A DNA stretch of 64,000 bases from an uncultured Pseudoalteromonadaceae bacterium (lineage in GTDB: Bacteria; Pseudomonadota; Gammaproteobacteria; Enterobacterales; Alteromonadaceae). Under the pieces are notes generated by a model, which was not told the DNA's origin, searched no databases, and saw nothing but the letters and a program-made list of their open reading frames with translations. This document shows, piece by piece, positions 17,426-28,551 of the stretch. The first letter of the stretch is position 1, and every line of letters starts with the position of its first letter. A program made the translations under genes and the position numbers. The stretch is from positions 60,262 to 124,261 of the forward strand of contig CAZXIN010000003.1 of assembly GCA_964640795.1 (NCBI GenBank). The letters run 5' to 3'.

Positions 17426-18637
17426 TTAAAGGTTTGTATGTGAAATCAGTTGCTGTAAGGCAATATTGAACTTATCTCGTAAATGAGAAGGAGTCGTTTG
17501 ATGAAGTTCAACGCGCTCGCATTTGTTAAATAGCATGAAGTGCTTTAGTTCTTTGATAAAAGCATCAATGAAAGGCTCCAGTTTCCTTAGTGTGGGTTCC
17601 AAAGCGATATGCTGAATATGAAGTGTGGATGTTTTCCTATCCGATTTGCAGTCGATTCTCGCAACGAGCTTTCCGTCCCATAAAATAGGTAATGAGAAAT
17701 AGCCATGTTGCCGTTTGTTCGCAGGTAGATAACACTCGATTAAATAATCAAAGTTAAAAAAGCGCTGCATACGCTTACGCTGAATAACTAAGTTGTCAAA
17801 TGGAGATAGGATCTTGAGCTTGCTTCTTGAGAGAGGCTGGCTTAACAGAGCAAATGATTGGGGTAATGCATAATATAAACTTTTACCTACATTAACTTCG
17901 GCCAATTCGTTACTGATCAGCATATTATGAATTTGAGTCTTTACTATCTCTTTAGTATTTTTCAGTAAATAAACGATATCTGGCAGTTGAGCTAACCCAT
18001 TAACTTCAAGGTATCTCGTAATGAGGAATCGCGCATACTCTTCATCGCTTGGCATGGTTGTGTCAACCGAACTTGGGAGTACACGTTCTGTTAAGTCATA
18101 GACTTTGTGAAAGTTATTTCGGCGAGAGATCATTAAATCCCCTTGCATAAAGAGGTATTCAAGCGCTTGTTTGGTTGGCTTGCTTGCCCAATCCACTTTG
18201 TTTGTTGTGTCATTGTCGAAGTCTTTTGCCATTAAAGGACCTTCGCTCTTGATTCTTTCCAATACTTCACTAATGAGTTTGTTGTTACGCGGATACCAGT
18301 GTTTTTGTTTACCTGTTTTCATGGCATGTTTACGAGATAAACTAAACCGATAGTCCTTCATGGGGAGGTAAGCGGCTGCATGTGACCAGTACTCAAAAGC
18401 ATCCTTTGATTTTACAAGCTGATCTAAATGATCATTTTTATATCTCGGGTTTCTGTTCCAAAGCGTATGGTGATGTGCTCTTTCAATGACTGAAATAGTA
18501 TCTATTTGCACATAACCAAGGTGCTCAAGTGCTGACAAAGTAACGTTAATACTTTGCCCTTTCGTTGTGCTAGGAGGTAGCTTTTGTGATAGGAGAATGA
18601 GTTTTCTGGCCTCTGCAATGGATAGTGAATCAGTCAA
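17426..18637 (-). CDS. ycaQ: YcaQ-family winged-helix DNA glycosylase (crosslink repair)
   Basis: LGYVQIDTISVIERAHH catalytic QxD motif, FEYWSHAA, ILSPFDNLVIQRKR, RQHGYFSLPIL. Confidence 0.9.
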   Translation of the reverse strand: MTDSLSIAEARKLILLSQKLPPSTTKGQSINVTLSALEHLGYVQIDTISVIERAHHHTLWNRNPRYKNDHLDQLVKSKDAFEYWSHAAAYLPMKDYRFSLSRKHAMKTGKQKHWYPRNNKLISEVLERIKSEGPLMAKDFDNDTTNKVDWASKPTKQALEYLFMQGDLMISRRNNFHKVYDLTERVLPSSVDTTMPSDEEYARFLITRYLEVNGLAQLPDIVYLLKNTKEIVKTQIHNMLISNELAEVNVGKSLYYALPQSFALLSQPLSRSKLKILSPFDNLVIQRKRMQRFFNFDYLIECYLPANKRQHGYFSLPILWDGKLVARIDCKSDRKTSTLHIQHIALEPTLRKLEPFIDAFIKELKHFMLFNKCERVELHQTTPSHLRDKFNIALQQLISHTNL

Positions 18638-18663
18638 CGAATACTCCTTATTATGTCGAGTTT

Positions 18664-19890
18664 TTAGATAATGCCTTGTTGAGATAGCGAATCAATCTCG
18701 TCTGCATCCATTTGTAGCCTATCGTTTAAGATACATTGCGTGTGTTGTCCTAGAGTGGGTGGTGCCTGTTTATATTGTATAGGCGTTCTAGAAAAATTGA
18801 TTGGGTTTGCAACTGACGGAACAACATCGTTGCTTTCGTTGATTAAGTCCAGTTGCATTTGTCTGTGCTTGATTTGGTCATTGTCGAATACCTGTTCAAT
18901 AGTGTTAATTGGGCCGCATGGGACACCTTTTTCTTCTAGCTTTTCTAACCAAAACGCACTGCCTTTAGCTTCGATAATTGCTGACAGGGTTGGTACAACA
19001 ATATCACGATGCGTTACGCGTGAAGCATTCGTGGTAAAACGCTCATCTTTAAGAAGTTCATTGCATTGAGCGACGTCACAAAAATCAGCAAATTGCGAAT
19101 CGTTACCTATCGTTAATATTATAAAACTATCGAGTGTTTTGAATGTTTGATAAGGGACAATATTGGGGTGTGCGTTACCCATTCTTTGTGGAATTTGATC
19201 ACCAGCGAGGTAGTTCATTGCTTGATTAGCTAATGTAGCCACTTGAACATCAAGTAACGCCAGATCAATGTGCTGCCCTAGCTGGGACTTCTCACGCTCG
19301 ATTATTGCACTCTGAATGGCTGTTGTTGCGTACATACCGGTGAGGATATCAGTAAGGGCTACACCAACCTTTTGCGGACCTCCACCGGGCATATCATCTG
19401 ACTCGCCCGTGACACTCATAAGCCCACCCATGCCTTGTAAAAGAAAGTCGTATCCCGCGCGATTTGCATAAGGTCCACTTTGACCAAACCCTGTAATAGA
19501 GCAATATATGAGTTGTGGGTTGATAGCTTTCAATGATGGATAATCGAGTTTGTATTTTTTCAAACCTCCGACTTTAAAGTTTTCTATGACAACATCACTT
19601 TGTTCAACAAGCTTATGAAGCAGTGCTTGTCCCTGAGGTTTACGAATGTCTACTGTTATTGACTGTTTACCTCGGTTGGTAGACAAAAAATAGGCTGACT
19701 CGGATGTCGCATTGCCTTGTTCGTCTTTTAGATAAGGAGGACCCCAATGACGTGTATCGTCTCCTGCTACCGGCTTTTCTACCTTTATTACGTCTGCTCC
19801 TAAGTCAGCTAGCATTTGTCCTGCCCATGGGCCTGCAAGAATGCGACTGAGCTCTAAAACTCTAATATGTGATAAGGGGGCTTGGTGCAT
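18664..19890 (-). CDS. CaiB/BaiF family CoA-transferase
   Basis: RVLELSRILAGPW..MLADLGADVIKVE, GDDTR, STNRGKQS, ENFKVG, GYDFLLQG. Confidence 0.93.
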   Translation of the reverse strand: MHQAPLSHIRVLELSRILAGPWAGQMLADLGADVIKVEKPVAGDDTRHWGPPYLKDEQGNATSESAYFLSTNRGKQSITVDIRKPQGQALLHKLVEQSDVVIENFKVGGLKKYKLDYPSLKAINPQLIYCSITGFGQSGPYANRAGYDFLLQGMGGLMSVTGESDDMPGGGPQKVGVALTDILTGMYATTAIQSAIIEREKSQLGQHIDLALLDVQVATLANQAMNYLAGDQIPQRMGNAHPNIVPYQTFKTLDSFIILTIGNDSQFADFCDVAQCNELLKDERFTTNASRVTHRDIVVPTLSAIIEAKGSAFWLEKLEEKGVPCGPINTIEQVFDNDQIKHRQMQLDLINESNDVVPSVANPINFSRTPIQYKQAPPTLGQHTQCILNDRLQMDADEIDSLSQQGII

Positions 19891-20068
19891 GAAGTGCTTT
19901 CCTCACAAGAAAACTGACTTGGTATGTTCAGAGTAAAATAATAGCGGAAGCTGTCAGTGTAAAATAGATAGCATTTGGTAAGAAAAATGTTATACAAATC
20001 AAGATGTATCGCATATAGAGTATTTCGCGTCAATGATTTTGTAAAGCTGGCCGATAGAACATCTAATA

Positions 20069-20337
20069 CTAGAGCGTGTTGATCTTTTCTGTACGGATTT
20101 TGTTCTAAATGAAGGCTTTTTGATTGCAGCGCGTACTTGTAGGCCTATAAATATAAGTCAAAAGTACGTAACAAAGAGCAAGAAGCTTTTATGACGAACC
20201 CTTTGGACAGCGTTTGTTTGTTATTGATATGGCATCAGAGCCTATTCGTTTATGTCAATAAACCTTGTAGTCTCATCTTTGTCTGAATAACAAACAACTC
20301 GCTGCAAAACTGTACAGAAAAGATCAACATGCTCCAA
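20069..20337. mobile_element. MITE-like element, CTAGAGCGTGTTGATCTTT family, longest copy (269 bp)
   Basis: Inverted ends TAGAGCGTGTTGATCTTTTCTGTAC / GTACAGAAAAGATCAACATGCTCCA; right 140 bp nearly identical to 25654-25795. Confidence 0.88.
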
Positions 20338-20636
20338 TTGTATCTAATGAAGTGGCCGCTCAACGAGAGTTAAAAGGGGTTGAGTCTGGCGAGACATAAT
20401 GAACATACATTTTCTGAATATTAGCCTGACTAAAACGAAGTATATGTACGACTAACGAATGCACATTTGAGGCTTAAAAAGCTTTAGAAAAGAGAGTTAA
20501 TTGCCTTCACTATTTTTTGGAATATTTAACCGATGTATTCCATACTTGATAATGGAATCTACTCTTTTATGTGCAACGTGATGTGATTTAAGCGAGAGGA
20601 GTTGTCGTTATTTTATCGATTAATAGTTTTAGAAAT

Positions 20637-21866
20637 ATGATCAATAGTGTGACAGACGCTGTTGTTGTATTTAATCATCAAGGTACCGCACTCTATTACA
20701 ACAGAGCGTTTGAGCAACTTGATCATGAATTAAAAGCTGAAGTGAGTAGCGATATAAAGAAAAGCTTCAGCGAGCCCAACTGTGTTTTTGAGCATCGTAG
20801 AAAGTTAATAAGGCGACTTGTTGTAGATGAAGGTTATGCTTTCATTATTGGACCAGAACACGCTCATGAATCAATTGCAGAAAGGACGTTGAGAGAATTG
20901 TCTGCCGCAGTTTCTATTTCTGATGATATATATGTGGCCGCCGCAAGTGCGATATTCTCTTGTCTAGGTTGGCGTTGGGTTGTTATTACTCGATTCTCTT
21001 CGCCAGAAAGGCTAGAGGTGTTGGCTTTTCTGGATAACGGCGAAAGGCAAGATGAGTACGAATATGAGTTTGCAGGGACACCTTGCGAATCCGTTGTCGA
21101 TACCAAGCGTTTTACTATGTTTTCTGACGTCAGCTTGGCATTTCCTGATTACAAAGCGTTAAGCGATATGGGTGCCAAAACATATGCCGGGCTTGTTTAT
21201 CGAGGGACAGACAATCAACCTCTCGGACACGTCATGGCAATACATGACTCTAGAGAAGTGGACTTCAGCGTGACTGAAGATGTCATAGGGACAGCGACTA
21301 TCGCACTATCCTCCCATTTTCAGCTACTCAAAACACATTCTAAATTGGTTGAGGTCGAGGCACTGGCGAGAGTGGATTGTTTGACGAATATAGGGAATCG
21401 CCAAGCCTATCAATCAACTTTAGAGACAGTGATTCAAGAGGTTAGCGCTACTGGGAATCTTAGTTGGACTATTGCTATTGTCGACCTTGATCATCTAAAA
21501 GAATTAAATGATGAAAGAGGGCATAGTGTCGGCGATAAATTCTTACAGCTTATGGCATCTGAACTTGCTCGTATTGGTCGGACTGAAGATTATGTCTTTA
21601 GAATTGGCGGTGATGAGTTTGCGTTGATATATCGGCAAAGTAATTCTGTTTTCATTAGTTCACTGCTTCAGCGGTTTGAGAAAGCGGTTGAACGAGTTCG
21701 TTTAGCGCTGAACTTTTACATCAATGCCAGTATTGGCTGCGCAGTTTTGGATGAAGTTGGTGGTGATGTCAACGAATGTGTCAAGCTTGCTGATAAGCGT
21801 ATGTACAGCATGAAAAGTAAAAACAAAGGAATGTTAGATGTCTCAACGACGGTTATTGAGCGCTGA
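20637..21866 (+). CDS. Diguanylate cyclase (PAS-like/GAF + GGDEF)
   Basis: DCLTNIGNRQAY, IVDLDHLKELNDERGHSVGDKFL, RTED-YVFRI-GGDEF (I-site RxxD intact); GAF-like region with FAGTPCE. Confidence 0.9.
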   Translation: MINSVTDAVVVFNHQGTALYYNRAFEQLDHELKAEVSSDIKKSFSEPNCVFEHRRKLIRRLVVDEGYAFIIGPEHAHESIAERTLRELSAAVSISDDIYVAAASAIFSCLGWRWVVITRFSSPERLEVLAFLDNGERQDEYEYEFAGTPCESVVDTKRFTMFSDVSLAFPDYKALSDMGAKTYAGLVYRGTDNQPLGHVMAIHDSREVDFSVTEDVIGTATIALSSHFQLLKTHSKLVEVEALARVDCLTNIGNRQAYQSTLETVIQEVSATGNLSWTIAIVDLDHLKELNDERGHSVGDKFLQLMASELARIGRTEDYVFRIGGDEFALIYRQSNSVFISSLLQRFEKAVERVRLALNFYINASIGCAVLDEVGGDVNECVKLADKRMYSMKSKNKGMLDVSTTVIER

Positions 21867-22695
21867 CACCGATAACACCGTCATTGACTTCTAGGTAGTT
21901 AGCCGCCGGATGCTCGCTATTCAGATAACGGGATACCAATTCTTTGAATGCTAAGGAGGTTTTGAATTCTTCGGCTGAGGCCTTTAAGGCGTTAGATACG
22001 GGGACGAGATCATCGCTTTTCTTCAATGCGAGATAACTGACAGACTTTTTATAAGTGAATACGCGCTTGATGGATGAGCAGTCTAGTTGGCTGTCAATGC
22101 AAGTGAGGATTAACCCCATATCAGAGAAAAAAAGGCTCTTTGTTCGGCCTTTTAAAAGGGAGCGAATAGCAACAGACCATTGATTAAAGGCTATGGTTGT
22201 GTCTGCGTGCTTATCACGGAGAATCTGATGTCGGTAATCATCTCTAAGGACAGCGATACTCCCCAATTGACTGACATCCTCTATAGATTCTATCTTATGA
22301 TTGACGGTATCAAGTGTGTATATGGCTACTGCGTTGACAGATATAGGGGTAATCCAGAAAAAGGCATTTTCTCTTTCTGGGGTTCTTACCAAGGCTGAAA
22401 TGACGCTGAGTCGATTGTTTTCAGACCGCTTTAATACTCTTGCCCACGGTAAGCTTTCAACTTTTGCTTGATAACCAGCATTTTTGAGTATGGCTTTATT
22501 TAGATCGATTGAGTAGCCATCTAGCGTCGTGTGGTCATCCATCATACTAAAGAAGGGCACGGGACTCGTTAAAAGCTCTAATTCAATATTGGGCTGAACA
22601 CCTATAGCGTAGACAAATGTACTCGATAGCAGCACAACAGTAAGCAAAGATCGCTTGATAATGTGTGTCACCAAGTTTAAGTCACGCTTATTCAA
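21853..22695 (-). CDS. Periplasmic substrate-binding protein (family 3-like)
   Basis: Signal peptide; GYSIDL...LPWARVLK...RTPERENAFFWITPI; no permease nearby. Confidence 0.8.
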   Translation of the reverse strand: MNKRDLNLVTHIIKRSLLTVVLLSSTFVYAIGVQPNIELELLTSPVPFFSMMDDHTTLDGYSIDLNKAILKNAGYQAKVESLPWARVLKRSENNRLSVISALVRTPERENAFFWITPISVNAVAIYTLDTVNHKIESIEDVSQLGSIAVLRDDYRHQILRDKHADTTIAFNQWSVAIRSLLKGRTKSLFFSDMGLILTCIDSQLDCSSIKRVFTYKKSVSYLALKKSDDLVPVSNALKASAEEFKTSLAFKELVSRYLNSEHPAANYLEVNDGVIGVSAQ

Positions 22696-22971
22696 ATCTC
22701 CTCCTTTTGCTATTCATGATGCTTCATTCAGCTTAGACCCTAAATAGGCATTTTATAAGTTTAACATCTGACTTAGGTTAAAAATATGCGCGTTTTAGCC
22801 AGCATTGGTCTCGGTATAAATGAAAATATGGATTTCTACATGTCAAACGCAATACTTTTTACAAATATTCACAATTGAATGCCTCTTTAAGAAGTGTTTT
22901 TTTCTACAAATGATAGATTTATAGAGGAGTTAACGACTTCAATAAATAGACTTAAATGACCCGGTGATAAA

Positions 22972-23739
22972 TTGTTAAAGCAAAATGTACTGGTTGTGGA
23001 CGATGAATATTTAGCCCGGCAATCAGTTAAAATAATGTTAGAAAAGCAGAATGGTGTAGGTGAGGTTTTTGAAGCAAAAAATAGCTCCGAAGCTCTGAAA
23101 GTATTTGGTGATCAAAACCCTGATATTGTCTTTATGGATATACAGATGCCAGGTATTAGCGGAATTGAGCTTGCTAAACAGCTACCTAATCATTGTCATA
23201 TAGTGTTTGCGACGGCTTACGATAAGTTTGCTGTCGAGGCGTTTGAGCTAAATGCTGTAGATTATCTATTGAAACCATTTGATGATGATCGATTTACACA
23301 AGCTTGGATGAAGATTCAAGATAAATCGAAGGATAATTCGAGGGAGAATATCGACTTTCATCAAGTAGAAAAAAGCATAGAAAACCTTAGTGATACGCAA
23401 GAGAAAATATATAGGAAACGTCTGGTCATAAAAGACCCAGGACGTATTCGCCTTGTTGATGTCGACAGTATTCAGTACATATCTGGTGCAGGGAATTATG
23501 CTGAACTTCATTTAGCTGATTGCAATGAAGTATTGCATAGAGAAACATTAACAATGCTCGAAAAGCAGCTAGACCCTGAGTTATTTGTTCGTATCCATCG
23601 TTCAACTATTGTACGGCGTGACAGTGTAATAGAACTAAGGCCTAACGAGCGAGGTGATTACAGCATTGTCCTTAAGTGTGGAAAAGTACTCACCCTGTCT
23701 CGAACGCATAAAGACAAGCTCGATATGTTATTGAGCTAG
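22972..23739 (+). CDS. LytTR family response regulator
   Basis: VVDDEYLAR, FMDIQMPG, FATAYDKFAVEAF, DYLLKPF; LytTR domain FVRIHRSTIV. Confidence 0.93.
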   Translation: MLKQNVLVVDDEYLARQSVKIMLEKQNGVGEVFEAKNSSEALKVFGDQNPDIVFMDIQMPGISGIELAKQLPNHCHIVFATAYDKFAVEAFELNAVDYLLKPFDDDRFTQAWMKIQDKSKDNSRENIDFHQVEKSIENLSDTQEKIYRKRLVIKDPGRIRLVDVDSIQYISGAGNYAELHLADCNEVLHRETLTMLEKQLDPELFVRIHRSTIVRRDSVIELRPNERGDYSIVLKCGKVLTLSRTHKDKLDMLLS

Positions 23740-23861
23740 ACTAACTTGCCTCGCTCACAGCACATGCATCATGACTGTTTGAGTGGGCATTTGTTACATC
23801 AATTTCAATCTGTATTAGATTGCTTGCAGCTATATCTATACATTTCGTATTAGACTGTGCT

Positions 23862-25592
23862 TTAAGCAAAAATGAGCACAGTGGCTGTCCACAATAATCC
23901 GGCTATTCCCGCCGCGAAACTGGCAGGCACAATTTGCGTTCTAACATGATCCATCAAGTCACACCCCGTCGTCATTGAACTCAATATGGTGGTGTCTGAT
24001 ATGGGTGAGCACTGATCACCAAACACGCTGCCATTGAGTACTGTAGCGAAACAAACCGCCATATAGAGCTCTGGGTGTGCTAACCCTTGTGTTTGTGCAA
24101 TTGCCCAAGCTAACGGCAGCGCGAGCGGAAATGCAATAGCATAAGTTCCCCAACTGGTGCCTGTTGAAAAGGCGATAACCATTGTCATTAGCTGCAATAG
24201 CACAGGTAAAACCCAGAACGGAATTTGCTGCCCCAGTAATTCCACAAGGTATAATCCACCTCCTAACTGCTTGCTAATTGCACCAATAGTAATAGCTAGC
24301 ATTAAAATTACTGACGCAACGACCACGCCTTTTATTCCGGTTCCAAAACCATCAAGAAGATCACCTAAACTCATGCCTTTAAATAAGGCCATGATCATGC
24401 ACAACCCAAGAGCTGAACCGAAGGCCCAGTTAATTTGAGGAGAACCCGTTGTGATAAATGTCGTAATCGCAACAGCAATGAGAAGAACAATGGGTAAAAC
24501 AAACTCGAGCATACTAGGCTTGTAGTGCTCTGGCACTGTTGTACTTTGTAGTTCCTTGGCGCTGAGTGGCTTAGCATTTGGAGCGTCAAGTTGGCCTGTA
24601 GTCTTTGCTCTTTCAATCGCTTTGCGTAGAGGTTTGCCAGCAAATGTGTAGATATTCAAACTAATTAATAGTGTGCCAAGGACAGCAAGGATGCCGTAAA
24701 AGCTGAAAGGTACACTGCTGAAGAAAAAGGCGATTCGGTCAGATTCTGTTGCTAAAAAAGAGACACCAGGAACAAAGATAAGTGCCTGAACATAGGCAGG
24801 CCAAGCATTGAACGCTATGACCGAAGCAATAGGAGAGGCTGTCGAGTCGACAATGTAGCTCAACTCTTCGTGGCTGACGTTGGCTTTGTCAGCCATAGGT
24901 TTAACCGTGGAACCAACGAGGACCGTACTCATAGTGCCGCCTTGAAAGAAAAGAACCCCTAGCATCCAGGTGATTAATTTGGCAGAGCGAGGGCCTTTGA
25001 CATAGTGCTCTGTCATGTATGTCGCAAATGCTTGTGCTGCGCCTGTTTTGGTCCAAATACCCATGAGCCCACCAAGCAGCCAAAGATAGAGTAATAAAAT
25101 ACCTGCGGCTGATGTGGTCGCCATATTCGGAATAAGTACAGCGTCAGTAATGTCAAAACGACCTAACATAAAAGCACCGATAACAATGCCACTGAATAAA
25201 GCTACAAGTGGCTCTCGAGTCAATAAACAAAGAGCAACAGCGACCAGCGCTGGTAATAATGACCACAAGCCATAATGAAAGACCGGTTTGATAAGTTTTA
25301 GGTTAGACGGGTCTTGATTAAAGTAGACCCACTGCTGATTTAATTCGGGTTGTTGACGTGTTTTGTCGAGTGCTTCTTGCCTCAGTGCCGAGTTTTCGTA
25401 GGCAACGGGATTATCGACAAGGACTTCTTTACCTCTTTGTGTGTATGCCTGTTGTCCGAATTCATTTTGATAAATTTGATAAGTTTGGCTTTGTTCTCGC
25501 CAAGTTGGATCTACATTGAAAAAGACATGCAAAGAGCCTGCAAGGCTTAAAAAAAGTATAAAAAGTGCTAGCCGGTTGGCGTTATTGAACAT
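23862..25592 (-). CDS. Na+/H+ antiporter NhaC-family transporter
   Basis: [58 protein letters not shown]. Confidence 0.88.
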   Translation of the reverse strand: MFNNANRLALFILFLSLAGSLHVFFNVDPTWREQSQTYQIYQNEFGQQAYTQRGKEVLVDNPVAYENSALRQEALDKTRQQPELNQQWVYFNQDPSNLKLIKPVFHYGLWSLLPALVAVALCLLTREPLVALFSGIVIGAFMLGRFDITDAVLIPNMATTSAAGILLLYLWLLGGLMGIWTKTGAAQAFATYMTEHYVKGPRSAKLITWMLGVLFFQGGTMSTVLVGSTVKPMADKANVSHEELSYIVDSTASPIASVIAFNAWPAYVQALIFVPGVSFLATESDRIAFFFSSVPFSFYGILAVLGTLLISLNIYTFAGKPLRKAIERAKTTGQLDAPNAKPLSAKELQSTTVPEHYKPSMLEFVLPIVLLIAVAITTFITTGSPQINWAFGSALGLCMIMALFKGMSLGDLLDGFGTGIKGVVVASVILMLAITIGAISKQLGGGLYLVELLGQQIPFWVLPVLLQLMTMVIAFSTGTSWGTYAIAFPLALPLAWAIAQTQGLAHPELYMAVCFATVLNGSVFGDQCSPISDTTILSSMTTGCDLMDHVRTQIVPASFAAGIAGLLWTATVLIFA

Positions 25593-25620
25593 GTGAGCAT
25601 CGCTTATATTGATCCAATTA

Positions 25621-25795
25621 CTAGAGCGTGTTGGTCTTTGTTGTATAGATTTAGAACCCTTTGGACAGCGTTTGTTTGTTATTGATACGGCATCAGAGCC
25701 TATTCGTTTATATCAATAAACAACATCGTCTCTTCTTTGTTTCAATAACAAATAACTCGCTGCAAAACGGTATAACAAAGATCAACACGCTCTAG
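25621..25795. mobile_element. MITE-like element, CTAGAGCGTG family, internally deleted copy (175 bp)
   Basis: Ends CTAGAGCGTGTTGGTCTTTG / CAAAGATCAACACGCTCTAG; lacks about 94 bp present in the 20069 copy. Confidence 0.88.
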
Positions 25796-26027
25796 TCTAT
25801 CCTGCCATCAATAGTTTAGCTATTAGCTTGTTAACCCATTGTTTAAATTAATGTAAAGTGGGTTTTGCACTTGCTACTTGCTGAATATGGCAAATGGGTT
25901 GGCAGTTATTCCTCAAGCATTGTAAGGTTATGCACTGAACACATAAAACGGCGATCAATTTCTTCTGTTGAAGCCACAATCACATTGTTAGCGGGGTACG
26001 TTAACAAACTATTGTCAGGAACACATC

Positions 26028-26879
26028 ATGTTAAAAACTCTCACATTGTTGGCGTCGCTCCTTAGCGTTGCAGCTGTTGCACAAGATCGATTTGCTAATG
26101 TAGAAATTAAAACGACCCCTTTAAATGGTAGCGCGTTTATGTTGGTTGGTGCAGGTGGGAACATAGGTGTGTCAGCAGGTGACGATGGGCTTTTGATTAT
26201 TGATGATCAGTTTGAGCCACTCGCTGAGAAAATTGCAGCTGCATTAAAAGACATCAATAAGTCACCGGTAAAATATGTTGTCAATACGCATTACCACGGT
26301 GATCATACGGGCAGTAACGCTTGGTTCAAAGACAATCAAGATGCAACGATTTTCGCTCACGACAATGTCAGAGTTCGCATGACGTTGGGCGCTGATGCTA
26401 AGCCATCTAGCTTCCCAGTTGTCACTTATGATCAAGGGTTAAAGTTCCATTTCAATGGTGACACTATTCACCTCAAGCACCTCAACACTGGACATACAGA
26501 CGGAGACAGTGTTGTCTTTTTTGAAGACGCAAATGTGTTGCACGCTGGAGATCTATATTTCAATGGCTTCTTTCCATTCATTGATTTATCGAGTGGCGGG
26601 TCGGTTCCTGGCTTTATCGACAGTATTGAACAGATGGTCGCTTTAGTTGATAACAATACGCAAATTATTCCTGGACATGGTGAGCTGGCTAGTAAAGGTG
26701 ATTTGAAAGAGTATCTTAATATGCTTTACGCGACTCGTGATGCGGTAGCTAGAATGAAATTTAGTGGTATGACACTTGAAGAAGCGATTGAGAAAGGCTT
26801 GGATGAAAAGTGGGAACCTTGGGGCAACTTTTTCATTAAAGAAGACCGTTGGATAACAACGCTTTATCTTGGTTTGTAA
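26028..26879 (+). CDS. Exported MBL-fold metallo-hydrolase (cyclase-like)
   Basis: Signal peptide; VNTHYHGDHTGSN, GHTDGD, LHAGD, IPGHG. Confidence 0.9.
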   Translation: MLKTLTLLASLLSVAAVAQDRFANVEIKTTPLNGSAFMLVGAGGNIGVSAGDDGLLIIDDQFEPLAEKIAAALKDINKSPVKYVVNTHYHGDHTGSNAWFKDNQDATIFAHDNVRVRMTLGADAKPSSFPVVTYDQGLKFHFNGDTIHLKHLNTGHTDGDSVVFFEDANVLHAGDLYFNGFFPFIDLSSGGSVPGFIDSIEQMVALVDNNTQIIPGHGELASKGDLKEYLNMLYATRDAVARMKFSGMTLEEAIEKGLDEKWEPWGNFFIKEDRWITTLYLGL

Positions 26880-26899
26880 TTCATTAGGTTTAGAATGAT

Positions 26900-26930
26900 A
26901 AAAAGGCGCTTATTTTAGGCGCCTTTTTTT
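26900..26930 (+). terminator. Rho-independent terminator
   Basis: AAAAAGGCGC...GCGCCTTTTTTT right after the MBL gene. Confidence 0.85.
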
Positions 26931-26945
26931 GTACAAAAAATATGC

Positions 26946-28007
26946 ATGGGGGTTAGTCATATGCGTGCTGTTGTTTACGAAAAATTTGGTCAATTGCCTT
27001 CAATTCAGACTATGCCAGATCCCACACCAACCCCTGAAGGTGTGGTAATCAAAGTTGAAGCCACTGGTGTTTGTAGAAGCGATTGGCATGGCTGGATGGG
27101 ACATGACGATGATATTGATTTACCGCATATCCCTGGGCATGAATTGGCTGGAATTGTCGTTGCTGTGGGGCATAAAGTCCAACGCTGGAGAGAAGGAGAG
27201 CGTGTTACGGTTCCTTTTGTTGGTGGGTGTGGTCATTGCCCTGAATGTGCAGCAGGACATCATCAAGTTTGTGACGATCAGTTTCAACCAGGGTTTACTC
27301 ATTGGGGCTCGTTTGCTGAATATGTGGCTGTTGACTATGCTGATGTAAATTTAGTTTCATTACCCAAAAGCATGGCATTTAGCACCGCAGCCAGTTTAGG
27401 GTGTCGTTTTGTCACTTCTTTTAGAGCAGTTGTTGATCAAGGTAAAGTGTCGGCCGGGCAATGGGTTGTTGTGCACGGTTGTGGCGGTGTCGGACTGTCT
27501 GCTGTGATGATTGCCAATGCACTTGGAGCCAATGTTATCGCAGTTGATGTGAATGAAGAGACGCTCTTATTCGCTAAATCTCTTGGAGCGATAGCAACCA
27601 TTAATGCATCACGGCAATCTGATGTTGTCGATATGGTTCGTGAATTAACGGGTGGGGGAGCGCATGTTTCAATTGATGCGTTGGGGCATCAATCGACCTG
27701 TTTCAATTCTATTAGCAACTTACGAAAACGTGGAAAACATATTCAGATTGGTTTGATGCTAGCGGAACATAGCTTGCCGCAGATTCCAATGGGGCAAGTG
27801 ATTGCTAATGAGTTAGAAATTATTGGTAGCCACGGTATGCAATCTTATCGTTATTTGGCTATGTTTGATATGATAAGCGCGGGCAAACTTGCACCAGAGA
27901 GACTAGTCGGTAATACCATCAGCTTAAGTGAATCTATATATGCGCTTACAACCATGGATAAAGCGATCACACAAGGGGTCACTGTCATCACTGAGTTCGA
28001 TAAATAA
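26946..28007 (+). CDS. Zinc-dependent alcohol dehydrogenase family protein (likely start ATG 26961)
   Basis: [28 protein letters not shown]. Confidence 0.93.
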   Translation: MGVSHMRAVVYEKFGQLPSIQTMPDPTPTPEGVVIKVEATGVCRSDWHGWMGHDDDIDLPHIPGHELAGIVVAVGHKVQRWREGERVTVPFVGGCGHCPECAAGHHQVCDDQFQPGFTHWGSFAEYVAVDYADVNLVSLPKSMAFSTAASLGCRFVTSFRAVVDQGKVSAGQWVVVHGCGGVGLSAVMIANALGANVIAVDVNEETLLFAKSLGAIATINASRQSDVVDMVRELTGGGAHVSIDALGHQSTCFNSISNLRKRGKHIQIGLMLAEHSLPQIPMGQVIANELEIIGSHGMQSYRYLAMFDMISAGKLAPERLVGNTISLSESIYALTTMDKAITQGVTVITEFDK

Positions 28008-28121
28008 ATAGATCGGTAAAAGGTGAATATGCCACCGATTTGGTATGCATTAATGGCATCATGAACGGCTATTTGATATAGACTAAGGCATTTCAACTTC
28101 GAGGTTATAAGGACAGTCAAT

Positions 28122-28499
28122 ATGTCAGATCAAATTGATACTGAGACACTTAAAAAAATACAAAGTTATGGTGCTGACAAGCGCTATCAATATCTGATAA
28201 AGCAAGTTGCAACACATCAAAAAGTATGGATTCTAAAAGATGAACACGGCTGCGTTATGCTCAATTCTGATGATGAAGATTGCGTACCTATATGGCCTCA
28301 CAAAGAAGCGGCTGAAGCATGGGCAACCGAAGAATGGGAGCAATGTCAGGCAGAATCGATTGAGTTAGATGTTTGGTTAAGCCGCTGGACGAATGGGCTC
28401 ATTGATGACGAAATCGCGATAGCTGCTTTTCCTGATACGAACAGTGAAGGTTTAGTTGTTTATCCTGATGAGTTTGAAGAACAGTTGAATAAAAATTAG
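28122..28499 (+). CDS. DUF2750 family protein
   Basis: RYQYLIKQV...VWILKDEHGCVML...CVPIWPH...W..GL..D...FP pattern. Confidence 0.85.
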   Translation: MSDQIDTETLKKIQSYGADKRYQYLIKQVATHQKVWILKDEHGCVMLNSDDEDCVPIWPHKEAAEAWATEEWEQCQAESIELDVWLSRWTNGLIDDEIAIAAFPDTNSEGLVVYPDEFEEQLNKN

Positions 28500-28515
28500 C
28501 GCGAGTTGGACTCGA

Positions 28516-28533
28516 AAGATCAACATGTTCTAG
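28516..28533. repeat. Solo end of the CTAGAGCGTG MITE family
   Basis: AAAGATCAACATGTTCTAG closely matches the right-end sequence AAAGATCAACACGCTCTAG. Confidence 0.55.
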
Positions 28534-28551
28534 TGACGGTAAATTATTTTC

